Part shown: piece by piece, positions 12,738 through 23,999 of the stretch
How positions within the stretch are numbered: position 1 is the stretch's first letter
Layout: each line of letters starts with the position of its first letter
Source: Zygnema circumcarinatum SAG 698-1b
Lineage: Eukaryota; Plantae; Zygnematophyceae
Length of the DNA: 64,000 nt
Direction of reading: 5' to 3'
Assembly: GCA_037447605.1 (NCBI GenBank)
Contig: CM074807.1
Span: 3,422,829 to 3,486,828, forward strand
Made by a program: the position numbers and the translations under genes
The notes under the pieces: generated by a model
The model's input: only the letters and a program-made list of their open reading frames with translations
What the model was told of the DNA's origin: nothing
Databases searched by the model: none

Positions 12738-13080
12738 GGGTGGGGGTCCATCAGCGTTTTTTCGCCGACGTGGAGGTACAGGCGTAGTTTTGGAGGATGA
12801 TGTGGCGCCGTCGTGGCGCCGACTAGGACCGACGTGGAGGTACAGGCGTAGTTCCCCAGAAACCTCAGGAGGTGAGTTCTGGGGAACTACGCCTAAGTTT
12901 TCCAATCGTGCGCCGCCGCGTGGCGTTGAAGATCCGTTCGAGACGCCACGGGGGTGCGGCGGCCACGCTGATTGGCGTCCGCTGATTGGCTCGCGCGACC
13001 TCTGATGGAACCCGCAATTCTCCCTTCATGACTCATGATCCGATGTGGCGGTACAGGCAAACGCTGATGGACCCCCACCC
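12738..13080. mobile_element. Tourist-type (PIF/Harbinger) MITE, 343 bp
   Basis: Perfect 22-bp TIRs GGGTGGGGGTCCATCAGCGTTT / AAACGCTGATGGACCCCCACCC, flanked on both sides by TAA (12735-37 and 13081-83). No coding capacity. Confidence 0.88.
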
Positions 13081-13808
13081 TAAGATCTTCAAGGTCGATA
13101 ACGGTCAAGGAGAGTCCCGCGATCGATATGTACGTGGCGACATGTGATTGGCTTATGACCTCGCATTTTGTGGAACCTTCTGTGGAGACTTTTGGCATAA
13201 CCACGTGGCAGCCACGTGGCAGCCACGTAGAATTAACGTCAGCAAAACCTGCCCTCGTGGAACCCGAAAAAGCGTCGTATACGACGGCGAAACTGTCCAT
13301 GGAGCCGCGTCCTGCCAGTTTTACGGCCGCAGACGAGGACCGTGACCCCAGACTGAACTGGGAACTGGCCCGTGAAGCGTCGGCGCATGGAGCTCCTCCC
13401 TTCCTTCCTTTCCAGGGTGCTTGTTCCTTCCTTCAAACTGACATTTGGTGTCACCTTTTAAGCCAAGCCAAGCCAAGGCCATGGGTTTAATGCCACAACA
13501 AAGGGCTGGAGGAAGCGCTCTGCAAGCAAAGGAGAGGCACCAATAGGAGTCCACCATCCCTATTTCTTCGATAAATAGTAAGGCTAGAGTTGAAGTTATT
13601 TCAGCATCCTAAAGACAATAGCATACGTACTGTACCTACCTATGTATGCATGTGCCTTGACTAATAGATTGAGGTCTCAGATTGCCAGCACAGACTGTAG
13701 TGATGAACAAAAGGGTTTCTTCTTCTATTTCTAAGGGAACGAAATTGTGGCTTCTACTTATGCCACGAACTCTACACAAAAGCATTAACAAAAAACAATG
13801 TGTTGTTG

Positions 13809-16800
13809 TTACACGTATCCCATCGCCTTCTTGTACGCGACCTGGTCCTGCAAAGTCAGCCGGTCTTCTGTCCAGTTGCCGCTGCTTGTTCGCTTTCGGA
13901 AGTTGCGTTTCTTTCTCTGTCCTGTGATCTCCGTGAACACTGCCAGACCCAAAATGCAATGAGCTGTATAGGTCAGATAAAACGATTGAACGGAGCGTTT
14001 TTGTAAAAGATTCACATAAAAAAGGAAGCTTCAGCTTATACTAACCTGTACTAACAGACGCAGAGCCTAGGAGAGCACGAAGAGGGGACTGAGATTATTG
14101 GAGGTGCTCTGCTCACCTTCATTGAGGTTGCAGGTTTTGACGCCGTCAAATATCTCATCGGGATCGATGGCTGCTTGTGCAATCACATGCGGCATGAGAT
14201 ACCTTTCCCTGTTCCCGCATGCAGTCAAACCCAAACAGAGAGTCAAAACCTTCAACAATAGCTAGAAAGGAGTCCATTTCAGGTCAGCCCTGCTTCAGAC
14301 AAACTTGTCAGATAACAATGTACACCCCCAAGCTCCTTACATCAACATTGGCATGCTGACTTCTGGAGTAACGTTAAGGCCCTGATCTGTTTAGCAACCC
14401 CTCTTGATTTTCAAACAGAGACCAAAAAGTCCCCCCATATTGACTTACTTTGTCCAAAGCGGGCACGGCTTCGTCGGTCTCCTGTCCATTTCCTCGTCCT
14501 CATCATCATCTTCATCGTCAGAGTCCCGGTAAGGCGAAATCTCGTAGTTTACAGGCCCTCCTTTTGGGACTGCAACCGGCTCTTGAACTATTGGGGTCGC
14601 TTTCAAAGTCTGCAGACCAGACTCTCCTGAACCTCCCATGCTGGTCTGTGTGCTTTTGACCCCCCCTGCCTTCATAGCGGCCAATAGAGAAGACTTGTCA
14701 GCTGATCCAAAAGGGACTTTTGTCTTCAGATCTGCCTCCTTCTCCATTGCGATTGACCCCTCCTCCGTAGTCTTCTTTTTCACAGCAGCATTGCTTAGCC
14801 ACCCTCCAGGGCCAACCACAAGGTTCGATCCAATAGTGCCCCCCCCAATGCGCTCTGTAGACTTAAAGCTACGTTCCTTTGAAAGGTCGATGAACTTGCC
14901 AGCTTTGACTTCGATAGCTTTGTGGGTTTCTTCCAAAGTAGGGTTTCCCATCAACGATGCAATTGGACGCTCCTTATACAAGGCAGTGGGTGACCTTCCG
15001 GTTGCTCTCAACCCCCCACGTAATGCACCAGCATTCTCAGCTGATAAGGACAATTCTGCAAGAGCAGAATATCCCCTTCCCACTACTACCCCCTTAAGAG
15101 AGGAGGGCTCACACATACCCGTCCCACCACTCACAACGTTCTTTCCAACCGCATGCTGCAATCCCTGCTGTGGTAGGAAAGAGGAAGAAGAAGCTCCTGA
15201 TTTGCCTGCATTCCCTAAGCTTCCTGTCACTTTAACTCCGGGAGCTACAGGAGCCCCACCCAATGCATATTTCCAAATGGGGCTGCCTTGAGAACTGTCT
15301 CTCTGAGTTAAGAGGGAGCGAGAGCTGCTTGCAGCTCGAATTGTGCCTAAAGGAGCACCCAGAAGGCTGGTAGTAGTTGGGATTTGACTATAGGGATTTT
15401 GAGCTGCAGAAAGGGCAGCCTCTCCTAGGCGAGCCTGCATAGAAGACCACCAGACAGTGAATTTACATACGGGGGACTGAACATTAAGACGGGAGACTTA
15501 GCTACACATCTCCTTTATGCACTCAAGTAAACACCTATTTTTCGTAAAAGTGAGGGGTACACTTTGCTGGTAAAAAATGCAGTAGCTAAAGCTTCCCCTT
15601 TTTGTAAGCAGCAGATGTTGCCGTCTCCAGGCAAAAGGAAGAGGAATCTGTCTGTTGCTTCTTTATTTAGGATTCGCCCTTCCATGTTGAAAATGTACCC
15701 AGAGAGGCTACTGAAATACTTCCAGCTCCAAAGCAGCTCTTGCAGAGTGATCAAGAATGTATTCAAAGTTTTTTAGTAGTGATGCCCAATCACTCACCCG
15801 CCTTTCTCCTTCAAAGCGCTTTTTTTCGTCGTCTTCCCATTCCTTCCTTTTCTGAAAGAGCTCTTCCTTCACCTTTGCCTTCTCGACCACTTTTGCCGCT
15901 TTTGCCTCCTCCTCCTCCCTCCTCCTCCGTTCTATGTCTCTCTCACGCTCCATCCGCTTGTGCCGTTTATGTTCGTCCTCTGCAGCCTTCCTCTCTCTCT
16001 CCGCCTCTTCCTGTGCTTGCATTTGCACCCAATTTTCGTATCAGTTTCAGAGCTCAAATAGCTTATAACTAGAACCTCGATAATGTCCAATCAGTCTGAA
16101 TTCATAACGTGACTCTATGGTTCAAAAAACTTTGAACTGAAGCATGGGAGTGTGAGAAGGCGTGGCTTGAATATTCTTGAATATTCAGTGACAGCAATCA
16201 GTGAACAGCAAGAAAGGTGGGCTCTCTCTTTCTCATCTTGCTATGCTTGAAACTCATGCAGAACGCAGTGAAGGGGTGTACCATACAATACAGAAGTATG
16301 TGAGCACACTCTATGTCCTCAACAGGCCAGGATGAAATTTCTGTAACGGAGAACCAAAATCCGAAGCTTTTGCCTATTCCTATCTCGACTTATGATGTCA
16401 AAGCATTTGTAAAACTTGACCTCATAATCATGAGGAGAAAGGAAAAAGCAAACTTACAGCAGCCTTTCTTCTCCTCTCCTTCTCCTCCAACTCCGCTCGT
16501 TGCCTCTCCGCCTGCCGTTCTGTCTCACCCCTCTTGGCCCTCACCACCTCTTCCCTCTGCCGCTTCCTTCCTGCTAACTCTTCTTCTTTCCTCTTCTTCT
16601 CTTCTTCCTTCAACTTCTTTTCCTCCTCCATCTTCTTCGTCTTTTCCATATCCATCTTCGGCTTTGAAGCCGCCTTTCTCTGCCTCAGCACTCGGCCTGC
16701 CTGCCCAGTCAAAGCTGTTTGACTCTCATCAAATGCTTTAAATCCTGCACCATATCCTCCAGACTCTAATGAATCTAACTGTAACATGCGATCATTGCTG

Positions 16801-19800
16801 AGGTGGGGTCTTACAATAGTTCTCCTTCCGTCCTCCTCCCCCTTTTCCTTTGATAGTTCCCACACATTATGCTCACTTTCCGTTTCCTTTTCCAATTCTC
16901 TTTCCTTATGCTTCTCACCGACTCTCTCTCGGGCTCGCTCCATTTCCTGCTCCCTCTGCCTCTCCTTCTCCTCCTTTGCCTTCTCCATAGCAACTCTTCT
17001 CTGTTTCCTTTCTTCGGCCTTTCGTTCCTGTTCTTTACGAGCTGCCTCAGCTGCCTCCAAAGCGCGTACTTTCACCCCTTTCTTTCCTGCAATCCGAGCC
17101 AAAGAGTGGTCAAATTCGGAAGACTTAAAAAATTCAAGTGAATCTTTTACCTGCATGATCTGTTACATCGCTCTGTTTCCAAAATCTAACTCTATAGAAT
17201 GTGGTCATTCACAGTCTTCTGCTTCAACCGGAGACAATAGTCTATGATCTGCTAAACATAGCCCAGTCCAAGTAAAAATTGCCTTTCTTTATTCAATCAG
17301 ACTCTGATACAAGTCAAGCCATTGAAACAAGTCTGCCTTCCATAGATCAATATCATTTCCATCTTGTAACTGGACAGTAAAAAGGCACAAACCTGCGGCA
17401 GGTGGTAGTGGAGGCGGAGGCTTCTTCATAAGGGCTGCGAATGACATCACAGAAGTGCAAATATTCGGACAGGATTCCGTTTTGATTTCAATTTTCCCAA
17501 TTGCATTCTCGACCTGAGTCTCACTGCCTGCTTGCTTTTCATTTTCCCCATCCTCTCCTTCTTCCAGCACTCTTGCTGATGGGTTTTCTTGAACCTCTTC
17601 CACTTCCAAAGGCTGCTTCTGCTCAGCATTCAAGACATTCGAACCACATTCGAAAGTTTCCTTCTCAAACTGCTTTTCCAGTTCGAGCTTCCTTCCACTA
17701 AGAAGAGGTGAAACCTGCTCTGCCAGGTTTGGCAGCTTTCTCGCAGAAAGGCTTTTGAGATATCCAAATACAGCAGCAACTCCCCTAACAACACTCATTT
17801 GTCTTGGGCTTGGAGTAGTCGTAGCTGCTACCATCCTGACTATGGTCTGATTTGAAATCGGGGTGCCTGCACTTGGCCCATTTAATTTCTCACCCACTTC
17901 AACTTGTGGGCCAATTTCCTCACCGGCTTCAACTGACCTGAAGGGAAGTGCGACATCGTAGTTTAATTCTGCTTCCTTTCCTTCATTCTGCAAGTTAGCA
18001 TCCTCCTTCCTCATTCCTAGAGCTCTTTCCTGTATATCCGAAGAAGCTGTTAGCTGAAAGTTCTCATGGAATTCACCAATATTGCCATTTTCCTTTACCT
18101 CCACAGCATCGTCGTCGTCCTCTGACTCTGCCACATCGTCCTCCTCCTCTACCTCCTCCTCCTCCTCTTCCTCTTCTTCCTCCTCCTCTTCACCTTCCTC
18201 CTCTTCCTCCTCGTCCTCCTCCTCCTCCTCCACCATATACACCTTCTCGACCGTGCTCCCTTGTTTCTCAACTCTTGCTTCACCCTCTCCTACTGCTGTT
18301 CCCCCTGTCCTGCTTATTTCCCCCTGCACAGGGCTCAGAATCGAACTCCTTGGCACGCTTTCAGGTTCGTGTTGACCTTCAAATGGTGGGATCACAGAAA
18401 GTACAGCATCATGGTTGAATGCTAGATCCTCTCCCACTTTCTGCAGGTTGAGATCATCCTGCCTAAGTTCTAAAAGTCTGAAGAAATCGGTCGAAGTTGT
18501 TTGCTGAAGGTGCCGAACATAATCACTCTTGCTGACGCTTTCGTTTGCTTTCAAAAAGCTTTGTTCCTCCTCCCTCTCCGACTCTCCTACCTCCTCCACA
18601 TCCTCGTCGTCCACTTCGTTCTTCTTCTTCTCCCTCTCCTCCTCACCCTCCTCATCCACTTTCTCCTCCCTCTGCACTTCTTCCTCTCTCTCCACCTCCT
18701 CCTTTCTGATGCTTTCGTTTGCATTCAAAAAGCTTTGTCCCTCCTCCCTCCCAGACTCTCCTACCTCCTCCACCACTTCTTCTTCCTCCATCTCCTCCTC
18801 ACCCTCCGCATCCACTTTCTCCTCTCTCTTCACTTCTTCCTCTATCTCCACCTCCTCCTTTCTGACGCTTTCTTTTGCATTCAAAAAGCTTTGTCCCTCC
18901 TCCCTCCCAGACTCTCCTACCTCCTCCACCACTTCTTCTTCCTCCGTCTCCTCCTCACCCTCCTCATCCACTTTCTCCTCTCTCTTCACCCTCTTCCACT
19001 CTCCTCTCTTCACTTCTTCCTCTCTCTCTACCTCCTCCTTTCTGACGCTTTCTATTGCATTCAAAAAGCTTTGTCCCTCCTCCCTCCCAGACTCTCCTAC
19101 CTCCTCCACCACTTCTTCCTCCTCCGTCTCCTCCTCACCCTCCTCATCCACTTTCTCGTCTCTCTTCACTTCTTCCTCTCTCTCCACCTCCTTTCTGACA
19201 CTTTGTTTTGCTTGCAAAAAGCTTTGTTCCTCCTCCCTCTCCGACTCTCCTACCACCTGCACATCCTCGTCGTCCACTTCTACCTCCTTCCTCTCCTCCT
19301 CACCATCCTCATCCACTTTCTCCTCACTCTTCACTTCTTCCTCTCTCGCCACCTCCTCCCTCGTCTCATCCTCAACCATCCTCCACTGTTCGTCAACTCT
19401 TGCTTGTTCTTCTCCATCTGCTGTCCCTCTCCTGCTCTCATTCCCCTGGCTCAAAGTCGAGCTGCCTGCAAGACTTTCAGGCTCCTCAAGGCCTCTTGAT
19501 TCTAATTTCTCTCCTTCCTTCTTCTGCATGTCGAAGTCCTCGTCCCTAGGCTCTAAGGCCACTTTTTCTATGTTCCGAGGAGCTATTGGCTCTAGATGTT
19601 CACCTAACTCCGAGATGTTTTTACCATCTTTGACCTCCCGAAGTCCTATTTCATCTATCGTCTGGGATACTTCTACCTCTTCCTTTTTGTCCTCCTCGTC
19701 ATCTTTCTCTGCTCTCTCCTCTTTCTCCTCTCTCGCCTCCTCCTCCTTCCCACTGAAAACAACCTTCACAGAAACAGCCGAAGAATGGTTGCCCTTTTTC

Positions 19801-21158
19801 CCTCTCGTCTGCCTTGTCGATTTATTTGTCAGAGGAGGTACTGCTGGTGTATCTTTAATATCATGTCCTCGTGCCCGAGCCCTAGTCACGCGCGACCCCT
19901 TTCTGACCTTTGACCCGGACATTTCTGCGAAATCTGAGAAACCTACTGATGGAACTGCTAACCTGTCGGTTGCAGGTGTCGACAGGTGGAGTACATTTTG
20001 GACTGTTTCCTGTCTCATATCAATGTCTTCCGTCTGCACTGCCACCTCCACTTTCTGGGAGGAAAGGTCCTCCTGCAGCATCGGAGCATCACCTTTCGCC
20101 GTCCTATTTGGCTCCTCCACCACCATCTTCGCTACTTCAATTGGACCTTCTTTCTCCTCTCTACTTGCATGCGAGCTTTCTGCCAACGAATGCGAGTTGG
20201 GGTCTTCTGCCGCTGCTGACACTTGCCCGTCTGTCCTGAAACATGTTTTAGGCTGGACACCAATTTTTAAAGTACTACAATTAGCAAAAGGGCTGCATAC
20301 GCTATGCTTAGTACGGTCCAGTGATTGGGTCCCAATGCCTTTCTGGTGAGGCTTGACGCCCGATTCACCTCTAGCTGGTGTGCATCTAATCAGCGGTATC
20401 ACATTCTCTTTGTTCTGACTATCCCAAACAAGCTGCCTTATTACCTTGCCACTTGTGGAAGGGGCTTCAGGTCCTCCTTCCCTCTTTCCTGTTTGCTGCT
20501 GAACACTAGGGGCACGGATAGACTTCATGGCAACAACATTGGAACTAGGAGTTTCAGTCGCAGTCTTAATCAGACTGGGATCTGGATCCAAGGGATGCAA
20601 CCGAGCACGTTTTGTCTTATGGAATCCCGACTCACCGGCTCCACTACTGCTAAAATTCTTCTCAGTTCCAAAGTTCGCTGTGCACTTTTGAGCCCAAGTG
20701 AATATGACTTGCAGATGCTCATCGCTAGCTTCTTTGCCCAGCTGTACATGTAGCCTCAATTTTTCCTGCAGATGTCATTCAGAAGTGAACTTAGAATGGG
20801 AGTGAGAGCTGTATTGAAAAAAAAATCGAAATCATGTCCAGTGCAGGCTAACTTCAACTGATCCCAAAGAGCAAATCGCTGTGTGGATCAATACAGGTCA
20901 AATGTAGCCTATCAAATCAAATACGCTCTTCTGTCAATATGGTGAAATAAATTCTGGTATATTGTTTGACAAAAAAAGCCGAAGAAATAGACCGGAAAGG
21001 CAAGTCTACTACATACTTTTCGAAAAGAAACAATGTACTGGAACCTGAAGTTTCGAACCAAACGGCAATCATCCTGTGGCGTGACAGACTAGGAACCGGT
21101 AACTCACCAAAATACCATTCATGCAGTTCAGTTCTCCAATCTTGTAGTATTCCGCCAT
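13809..21158 (-). CDS. INCENP: Inner centromere protein (INCENP / WYRD-like), chromosomal passenger complex scaffold
   Basis: Probable ATG at 21158 (in-frame TAA upstream). Large exon ~20765-17393. Plant WYR-like KGVKVRALEAAEAARK plus charged single-alpha-helix exons. IN-box is split over the last exons: YEISPYRDSDDEDDD..KPCPLWTK / QAAIDPDEIFDGVKTCNLNE / VF..FRKRTSSGNWTEDRLTLQDQVAYKKAMGYV*. Confidence 0.88.
18530..19360 (-). repeat. Coding tandem repeat, five ~52-aa acidic units in INCENP
   Basis: Unit EEVEREEEVKREEKVDEEGEEE..VVEEVGESGREEGQSFLNA.ESVRK; QSFL occurs 5 times. Confidence 0.9.
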
Positions 21159-22369
21159 CTTGAACTGAAGGTGCTTGAGTTACTTTGCTTTACAGGCTAG
21201 TAAGCACAATATTCAGCACGTTCGTGCGTTCTTCTTCCTTGTTCAATGAGCAGAAAGTCGTTTGAACTTCAAATCTACCTATAACCTATTCCCGCGCCCA
21301 CTTACCTCCACACCTCCTTCAAGAAATGTTCCTTACCTCTGCTTCACCTCCTCACACCTCCTACATTCCAGCAAACCTCTCTCAAAGTGCACCCTCCTCT
21401 AAAGAAACTCCTGCAGAACCACCATTCCAGTCCACAATACCCCCCTTCCTGCAACCAGAGACCCCCCTACGCTCCTCCCCTCAGGCCCTAGTCCTGCCAT
21501 TAACCCCCCAATCAAGGCGTTGGGAGATAATCCATGGCGCCTGTGAGGGATATACAGATCAATATATGAAGAAAGACTTTACGAGCCTTTGCTTATTCTG
21601 TTCCTTTACTTATTTCTTATGATTAATCGAATGCAGGGAAAAGAGGCCCTGCAGGAGCAGGAGCAGGAGCAGGAGCGGCCGTTGCAGGATTTGAACGCGG
21701 GCGCGCTCCCTCCTAGCCGTTGGGACGCCCCCGCAGGAGGGACGGCCGGCACATGTGAAAGTTCAGTTCCGCGTTCAGTTCCCGTTTGGACGGGGAAGTA
21801 GGCGCATGTGAAGGGGTTTGTGATTCGGCGATTCCAAAATTCGAATTATGAACGTCCGCCGTAGTTTTGGAGGACTATATACCCCCCCCCCCCTTTGGTT
21901 ACCCCGCCCCTGTTTTTTGGAAAGCCAACTATAGGTCCGTATGTATCAAACGCGTGTATAATACGTCGTATACTGTAATACGTGCGTATTATACGACATT
22001 TTAAAATACAGTGTATTTTAAATATATTTAACGTCTTTTCTTTCGTTTTCTTGCTAATTAGACAGAGATTGATTATAATAATTGAAGCTTCAAATCGTAA
22101 GGCAGCTCTAGGACACCTTATACTAGTCTCAAAATAGTTGTTTTGAAAATTAGATCCACAAGAGCAATTTCAGGAGGGACGGTGATGATGGGACATGTGG
22201 TAGTGCTGCTACAATGGTGAAGGCATCATGAGAAGGATAAGCGATGAAGAGCAACAACAAAATGATGATGAAAACTCTTTATGCACACAACAAAAAAAAG
22301 CCACACCGTTTTTCTTCTTCTATTATTTATAATAATCACACCCAAAGAAGACAAGTGATGGGACAAGTG

Positions 22370-22572
22370 ACATCCTCTTATGCATCCGGTGCATCATCCC
22401 ATACATCCTTTACATCATCCCATGCATCCCATGCATCATCCCATGCATCATCCCATGCATCATCCTATCCATCATCCCATACATCATCCCATGCATCCCG
22501 TTAAATCATCCGATGCATCATCCCATGCATCCCGTGCATCATCCCATGCATTTTGTGCATCATCTGATGCAT
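22370..22572. repeat. CATCCCATGCAT-type 12-bp minisatellite (copy 1)
   Basis: Degenerate tandem units of catcccatgcat / catcccatacat. Confidence 0.9.
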
Positions 22573-23999
22573 CACCGCACCAATCACGTCATGGTATAAA
22601 AGCAGTTTTGTTTTTTTTTTAACTTGAAACGACGACGAATTGGTTGTTACACAAAGGTGCAAAATCTCACACAAAAAAATTTAGTACAATTGTAAAACTT
22701 GGTAAATATCCATGTACAATGAAGGGCTGTATGATTGATCGTACAATAGAACGTCTGCTTTGTACAAAAGACTATACGACTAGTTGTACACTTGTACATT
22801 ATGCGTCTGCCAAGCCTAATAAACGTGCAACAACCTTTAACACATATCTAAGGCGACCTTATGTCACATAACGCCTTGCTACCAACTGGCTCTACTCATT
22901 CTTTACACTAGTAAAAGGTTCGACAAAGGGAGTTGAAGGGCATTGGCAAACTCCTAGACCTTGCTAGAAACCAACATACAAAGAATTAAGGCAAAGGGGT
23001 CAAGGAGCCTTTAATTACATCCTAAGTATCCATTCACTCACTATCCTTCATAGCCTTTTTACACAAACAAACACAAAAGTCAACCCCTTATAAAGCAACC
23101 TTCTCTAAATACCCATGACTACATGATGTGACACCATTGTATCATAACCATTCATACAAAGACATACAGTTTAGCTAAACAATATACAAAAACTATAAAC
23201 TGATTCAGTTTTTTTGTCAATTGTTCAACCTTTAACCATGCACCATCACATGTATAATTTTGTAAAGCTAGACTCACCATCAACCTAGCTTGTACTAATC
23301 GTATTACTTGCCTTGACACTTGCGCTGTCTAATTTGTCATTGACTTTTAGCCAAAGTGGTAACAATATTGGCAATATTGTTTAATCAACTCTACACTAAC
23401 AATGTCTGATTGCACACTTACATTCTAACTTTGTGCTGATATTTTTTGCTTTGCATGCTACCACATGTTTACTAACATCCAAATTGCTCCATACAATCTA
23501 GCATTGTAACTATATTATTGCTTGCTTTTTTGTATTGCCAGACACTCTTTGCCATACACTATTTATGGACCCATTTGTATTGTGCACACTCCACGCACCC
23601 TGTAATGACTTTGTACAATCGCCAACAAAATTTTCCATATCCTAGGAATGCTATGACCACACCCTGTTACACAAGTTGAATGACAGCGTACCCGTATTGA
23701 GTAAGTAGCAAAGTAGCCTTGTTGTTGCTGCACATAAGATAACAAAAAAAAATTCACAAATATATTATTAGATATTTTTTATAGTTTAATAAATTTTCAA
23801 ATCTTTTAAACTTTGCACATTGTTATACAAACTGAAGAATATTATTGAACTTTATAATTAGTAATTACTTTAAACATAAAATTATATAAATTTATTTTCA
23901 TTTAGTCTATTTAAAATATTACTAAAAAATTCACATTTTAAATTTCAATGCTATATTTAGTAGAGTTTTATTGTATAAAAAGAAAAGAATCTCACCTTA

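Noticed and set aside
12595-13300. 10-bp direct repeat AAACTGTCCA as a Mutator-like TSD around the MITE
   Set aside because: No convincing TIRs inside the repeats; may be coincidental.
18501-20349. 606-aa and 332-aa plus-strand ORFs
   Set aside because: Antisense shadows of the Glu-rich INCENP exon.
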